This document shows, piece by piece, positions 52,132 to 55,557 of a stretch of DNA of 55,557 nucleotides. This DNA comes from an uncultured virus (IMG/VR IMGVR_UViG_3300042888_001173). Lineage: Duplodnaviria > Heunggongvirae > Uroviricota > Caudoviricetes. Both the position numbers and the translations under genes were made by a program. The stretch lies in the IMG/VR virus record IMGVR_UViG_3300042888_001173; one strand, 5' to 3'. Position 1 is the stretch's first letter, and each line of letters opens with the position of its first letter. The notes under the pieces are model-generated. The model searched no databases and had not been told where the DNA came from. It saw only the letters and a list, made by a program, of their open reading frames with translations.

Positions 52132-53301
52132 TCACTTAAATTGCTCCTTGAATGCATCATATTTAGTACCGCAGGTTTTAGCACAGACTGCCAGTTTGCC
52201 GTCAGCACAACTAGATTTGCCCCAACTCTCGGGAATAACTTCTTGAAAGTATCTGCCATCAACTATGCTTTCTAGACTGTGATCAATGGCATTTAATGTG
52301 TCTTTGCCCACTTCATCGATGGCCGTCCATATTTGACCACCGTGCTCATTCCAATACCAAACATACATCTGATTGGCTGTCCAGCAGCAGGGTTGTACAA
52401 TGCCCTCTGCTGAAATGTAAAGACTTTTTTCTTCTTGCACCTTGCATTTTATTTCTGCTTCGTCCCAGACACGTTCCATGGGTTTTTTCTTTAGAGGGTC
52501 TCTGTGGAACGTCTGTGAGTACAGCGTGTCTTTTACATCGACCACTCTGCTGGGCAAAAACTTCAAGGGTTGATTGTTTTTACTGATCTTGCTGAGTTCG
52601 TCGATTACTGAATTTCTGTATTTGGGATTGGTTGGAGGTTGCAACAGTGTAGTAGCCAGTCCTCGACGATTGGCAGCCTGATGCATTTCTTTGGTCATCC
52701 CGCTGCTATTACTGAAAAATCTAGCAGACTTCTTGTATTGGAAACGCTCAAAACCCATGTCTTTGCTAAGAGCTTCTGCAGCTTCTACCTGATGTTCATT
52801 GTGAGCAAACACAATGTAGTCCCAACGAGCACGACCACCTGCGGCAATAAAAGCTCGTGCATTTTCCATTATCTTTGACCATACAGTGCCCTGTCGGTAC
52901 AGGTGGTTAGTGTCTTCTAGGCCGTCTAGACTGAATACCACATAGCCCTTGGGTCCTATCACCCGAGCCAACTCTGCCCACCATTCAGGTCGCTTGGCTG
53001 AAGCATTAGTATGCATACTAAGGTTGATGTTGGGGTTGGTAGTTCTAAAATAACTCAGTGCTTCTAGAGTATCTCGAGCTGCGATTGGATCTCCAAAATT
53101 GCCGCAGAGATAGATCCTATCCAACTGCCTAACAAACTCAGGATCAAATATCTTTTCTATGGCTGCTAGATCAAGTTCAGCGGCGGGCATCTGTGGGTTA
53201 ACTTCTCCCCCATTGATGTTGCGTGAGCACATGGGACAACTGGCATTACAGGCTGCTGTGATTTCTAGATGTACTGTTTTAATTTCGTTGTATCTGTACA
53301 T
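52132..53301 (-). CDS. Radical SAM/SPASM protein (rSAM-8; start ATG 53301)
   Basis: CNASCPMC, CGNFGDP, C...PCCW...CAKTCG. Confidence 0.92.
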   Translation of the reverse strand: MYRYNEIKTVHLEITAACNASCPMCSRNINGGEVNPQMPAAELDLAAIEKIFDPEFVRQLDRIYLCGNFGDPIAARDTLEALSYFRTTNPNINLSMHTNASAKRPEWWAELARVIGPKGYVVFSLDGLEDTNHLYRQGTVWSKIMENARAFIAAGGRARWDYIVFAHNEHQVEAAEALSKDMGFERFQYKKSARFFSNSSGMTKEMHQAANRRGLATTLLQPPTNPKYRNSVIDELSKISKNNQPLKFLPSRVVDVKDTLYSQTFHRDPLKKKPMERVWDEAEIKCKVQEEKSLYISAEGIVQPCCWTANQMYVWYWNEHGGQIWTAIDEVGKDTLNAIDHSLESIVDGRYFQEVIPESWGKSSCADGKLAVCAKTCGTKYDAFKEQFK

Positions 53302-53303
53302 GA

Positions 53304-53663
53304 TCAATCCCAATACATTTTATTGTTCTGTTGATAAAAATAATCTTTTTTAACATTAAGCATATCTAGGTAATCTACTCTATGATGCATCCCTATGCCA
53401 TTCTTATTGGCAGTCAATCTTACATAGTTAGCAGAACCGGCCTCAGGACGAGCAGTAGTTGTTTTATGTAGAATACTCCAGTGTACTCCAGAATAAACTG
53501 CATTGATGCCCTGTGGTTTATCCCAGGTACTGATGAATTCGTTGAACTCGTCAATGGTAAAGGAATATTCAGTTACCAAAGAATCACTGATCCTTACACT
53601 GAAACTCACCTTGTTTTTTTCTTTAAACAGGTATATTTTTAAATTGCTGGAGAAGGCTAACAT
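53304..53663 (-). CDS. Hypothetical protein
   Basis: 119-aa ORF. Confidence 0.7.
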   Translation of the reverse strand: MLAFSSNLKIYLFKEKNKVSFSVRISDSLVTEYSFTIDEFNEFISTWDKPQGINAVYSGVHWSILHKTTTARPEAGSANYVRLTANKNGIGMHHRVDYLDMLNVKKDYFYQQNNKMYWD

Positions 53664-53666
53664 TTA

Positions 53667-53891
53667 TTATTCTACTATCAGTTTAACATCTCGACCCGGT
53701 CCTGTGCAACTGGGAAGATCACCGTACTGAGCCACATAGTCTCGGATCACGGCCTTGTACCAGTTTTCGCTGTTGTGATGAGCCTGCTGATTGTACTTGT
53801 AGATGGCATTGTTGGTGGCTTCAAACACAGTCATTGCCCGTGCAGATTCTTTCTGCAGAGTTCTAAGATCCAACAGGTCCAAGTTCATCAA
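53667..53891 (-). CDS. Hypothetical protein
   Basis: 74-aa ORF coupled to the upstream gene. Confidence 0.7.
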   Translation of the reverse strand: MMNLDLLDLRTLQKESARAMTVFEATNNAIYKYNQQAHHNSENWYKAVIRDYVAQYGDLPSCTGPGRDVKLIVE

Positions 53892-55336
53892 ACTCTGCCT
53901 ATCAACATCACACGTTTGTAGCCCTTGAGCTGAAGCTCTCCGGCAAATAGCACTTCACGCATGGGGAACTTTTTCATCATGTGATCTACACTGTGTACAC
54001 AGTTCACATGCTCGGGTATATCAAATAGGTTGTTGCTCTGTATGGCCACAATGGGATCACTGTCTAGTTGCTTGAAGCGCAGCTGGTGAAACCATTCTTC
54101 GGTCATATGCTCTGCTGAAGTGTTGATGATCAAATCAGGCAGGAACTTTTCACTGTATGCTGTACCATCTCGAAAGTTCTCCACACTCCACTCATAGCCG
54201 TTTTTGTGCAGGGTCAATTGGTTAATATCGGTACACACTGCTTTGACCTTGTGTTCAGTGAGATTGTCTAGATTAAACACATAGTCCGAAGTTTCACAGG
54301 CTGCTCGATCTAGTTCTAGTACTCGCATCTTGCGATAGGTCAACTGCTGTTTGTAGATGTTTTTTAATTGGCCAAACCAGCCTGCCATAACCAACACATT
54401 GTGATATGTTACATTGAGATTGGCCAACTCTTGTACCAGCCAAATTTTGCTCTTGATCTGGCTGCGGCTAAAGGCATCTTGAAGGGCTGAACTGTCTAGA
54501 TCGAGTTTTAGATATCTCATGATACTTCTAAAGATTGAGTCATGGGGGAATTGTCTATCTAATTTGGCCAATTGAGTTTTAACTGTAAACTCAGCAAAGT
54601 CTTCTTGACTCATGCTTCTTAGAATTTTTGCAGTTTCTGTGCCTAATTCTTCCAGCCCTTGTATTTTCAACATATTGGTGCTGTGCAGTAACAATGCTTT
54701 ATAAATGTCTTTGATGTCAACCGAAGTTCTTGTGTTATGGCACAGACTGGCTAGATCACGTAAAATTGCCTGTTCTTTTTCTGGTTGAGTAACAGTTGCG
54801 CGAGATTTTATAAAGTTGGTATTGTACAGTAGAATTGATTTGTAAACTGCTTCTGAAACTGGTTCACTTTTATTGATGCTGTGACATAGGTCAGCTAGAT
54901 CACTCAACTCTTGACTGTTTGAAGTGGTTTTAAGAACTCGTGTGCAGTAGTTCAATAATATTCGATAAACTTGTTCAGTGTCTGCACCCGATTTATTGAT
55001 GCTGTGACATAGGTCAGCTAGATCACTCAACTCTTGACTGTTTGAAGTGGTTTTAAGAACTCGTGTGCAGTAGTTCAATAGTATTCGATAAACTTGTTCA
55101 GTGTCTGCACCCGATTTATTGATGCTGTGAACAAGATCAGCTAGATCTCGCAACTCAGGGGGCAAGGTGGCAGACAGATAGCGTAGATGTGATCGTGTGA
55201 GTTCTAGTTGAGGGTCTTCGCTCTGTAGGCCACGGGCCACGGAATGCACAAGATCTGCTGCCGTGGGCTGTCCAATATACTTGAGGTATTCTTCCAGACC
55301 CAACAAGAACTCACTGCGATTGGCTGTTTCGGTCAT
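53888..55336 (-). CDS. Class I SAM-methyltransferase-like protein with N-terminal helical repeats
   Basis: DAFSRSQIKSKIWL, VLVMAGWFG, LELD, IINTSAEH, QSNN, HVNC. Confidence 0.7.
   Translation of the reverse strand: MTETANRSEFLLGLEEYLKYIGQPTAADLVHSVARGLQSEDPQLELTRSHLRYLSATLPPELRDLADLVHSINKSGADTEQVYRILLNYCTRVLKTTSNSQELSDLADLCHSINKSGADTEQVYRILLNYCTRVLKTTSNSQELSDLADLCHSINKSEPVSEAVYKSILLYNTNFIKSRATVTQPEKEQAILRDLASLCHNTRTSVDIKDIYKALLLHSTNMLKIQGLEELGTETAKILRSMSQEDFAEFTVKTQLAKLDRQFPHDSIFRSIMRYLKLDLDSSALQDAFSRSQIKSKIWLVQELANLNVTYHNVLVMAGWFGQLKNIYKQQLTYRKMRVLELDRAACETSDYVFNLDNLTEHKVKAVCTDINQLTLHKNGYEWSVENFRDGTAYSEKFLPDLIINTSAEHMTEEWFHQLRFKQLDSDPIVAIQSNNLFDIPEHVNCVHSVDHMMKKFPMREVLFAGELQLKGYKRVMLIGRV
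54869..55156. repeat. 123-bp (41-codon) tandem repeat, about 2.3 copies
   Basis: Units start at 54869, 54992 and 55115; the first two differ by one base. Confidence 0.92.
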
Positions 55337-55557
55337 GGTCGCAGTCTCCGGGGTTCTACTCGTTCAGGCTGGTGAAACACTGATTTAAACCACTTGCTCT
55401 GGGCAGGGCTAAGGGGTTCGGGTTCTATGGCCAGACCCAAACGGTTGCGCAGTTCCACACCCAGATCTCGAATATATCCCTGGGGGTCAGCTAGGTCTCG
55501 GACTTCTTCGTGCCATATGTGATCTAGGTGATCAAATGACTGTACCTGGGTGTGATC
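55333..55557 (-). CDS. 3' end of a gene entering from outside the window
   Basis: Open frame DHTQVQSFDHLDHIW...PRRLRP*, ATGA-coupled to the next gene. Confidence 0.7.
   Translation of the reverse strand, partial: DHTQVQSFDHLDHIWHEEVRDLADPQGYIRDLGVELRNRLGLAIEPEPLSPAQSKWFKSVFHQPERVEPRRLRP

Noticed and set aside
50058..52135. Cys-rich mini-ORFs as RiPP precursor peptides for the radical-SAM enzymes
   Set aside because: Their sequences match the termini of neighbouring enzymes, so recombination remnants are the simpler explanation
1..55557. Alternative genetic code (stop-codon reassignment)
   Set aside because: Conserved genes are full length in code 11, and TAG (nrdB), TGA and TAA all serve as stops

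Overview
This window is a gene-dense segment of a large tailed phage genome, most likely a jumbo-type myovirus of an aquatic proteobacterium, read in the standard genetic code. The phage call rests on a PAAR spike tip, a tail-fibre-like protein, NrdAB with glutaredoxin, DNA and RNA ligases, many short ORFans, and a recurring TAAATA late-promoter-like motif alongside consensus sigma70 promoters. From left to right it holds: (1) an AT-rich methyltransferase/endonuclease pair bracketed by two identical 20-bp terminators; (2) a circularly permuted two-piece tmRNA (tag ANDSKFALAA) with an ORF starting inside its intervening segment; (3) nucleotide-metabolism and virion genes, including a ligase-like plus nucleotidyltransferase pair; (4) a host-metabolism block with a desaturase, a PlcP/LpxH2-like phosphoesterase next to a GT2, ALA synthase, ClpP, a metallothionein-like peptide, a ubiquitin-like/PA14 fusion and a candidate structured RNA; (5) DNA ligase, a lipoprotein cluster, and an array of short genes joined by a repeated 18-bp RBS/stop/start junction; (6) a roughly 16-kb minus-strand cluster of eight radical-SAM genes with tailoring enzymes, which carries clear recombination scars (a 114-bp direct repeat and chimeric mini-ORFs). 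All family calls come from motif recognition by eye, and no database searches were run.
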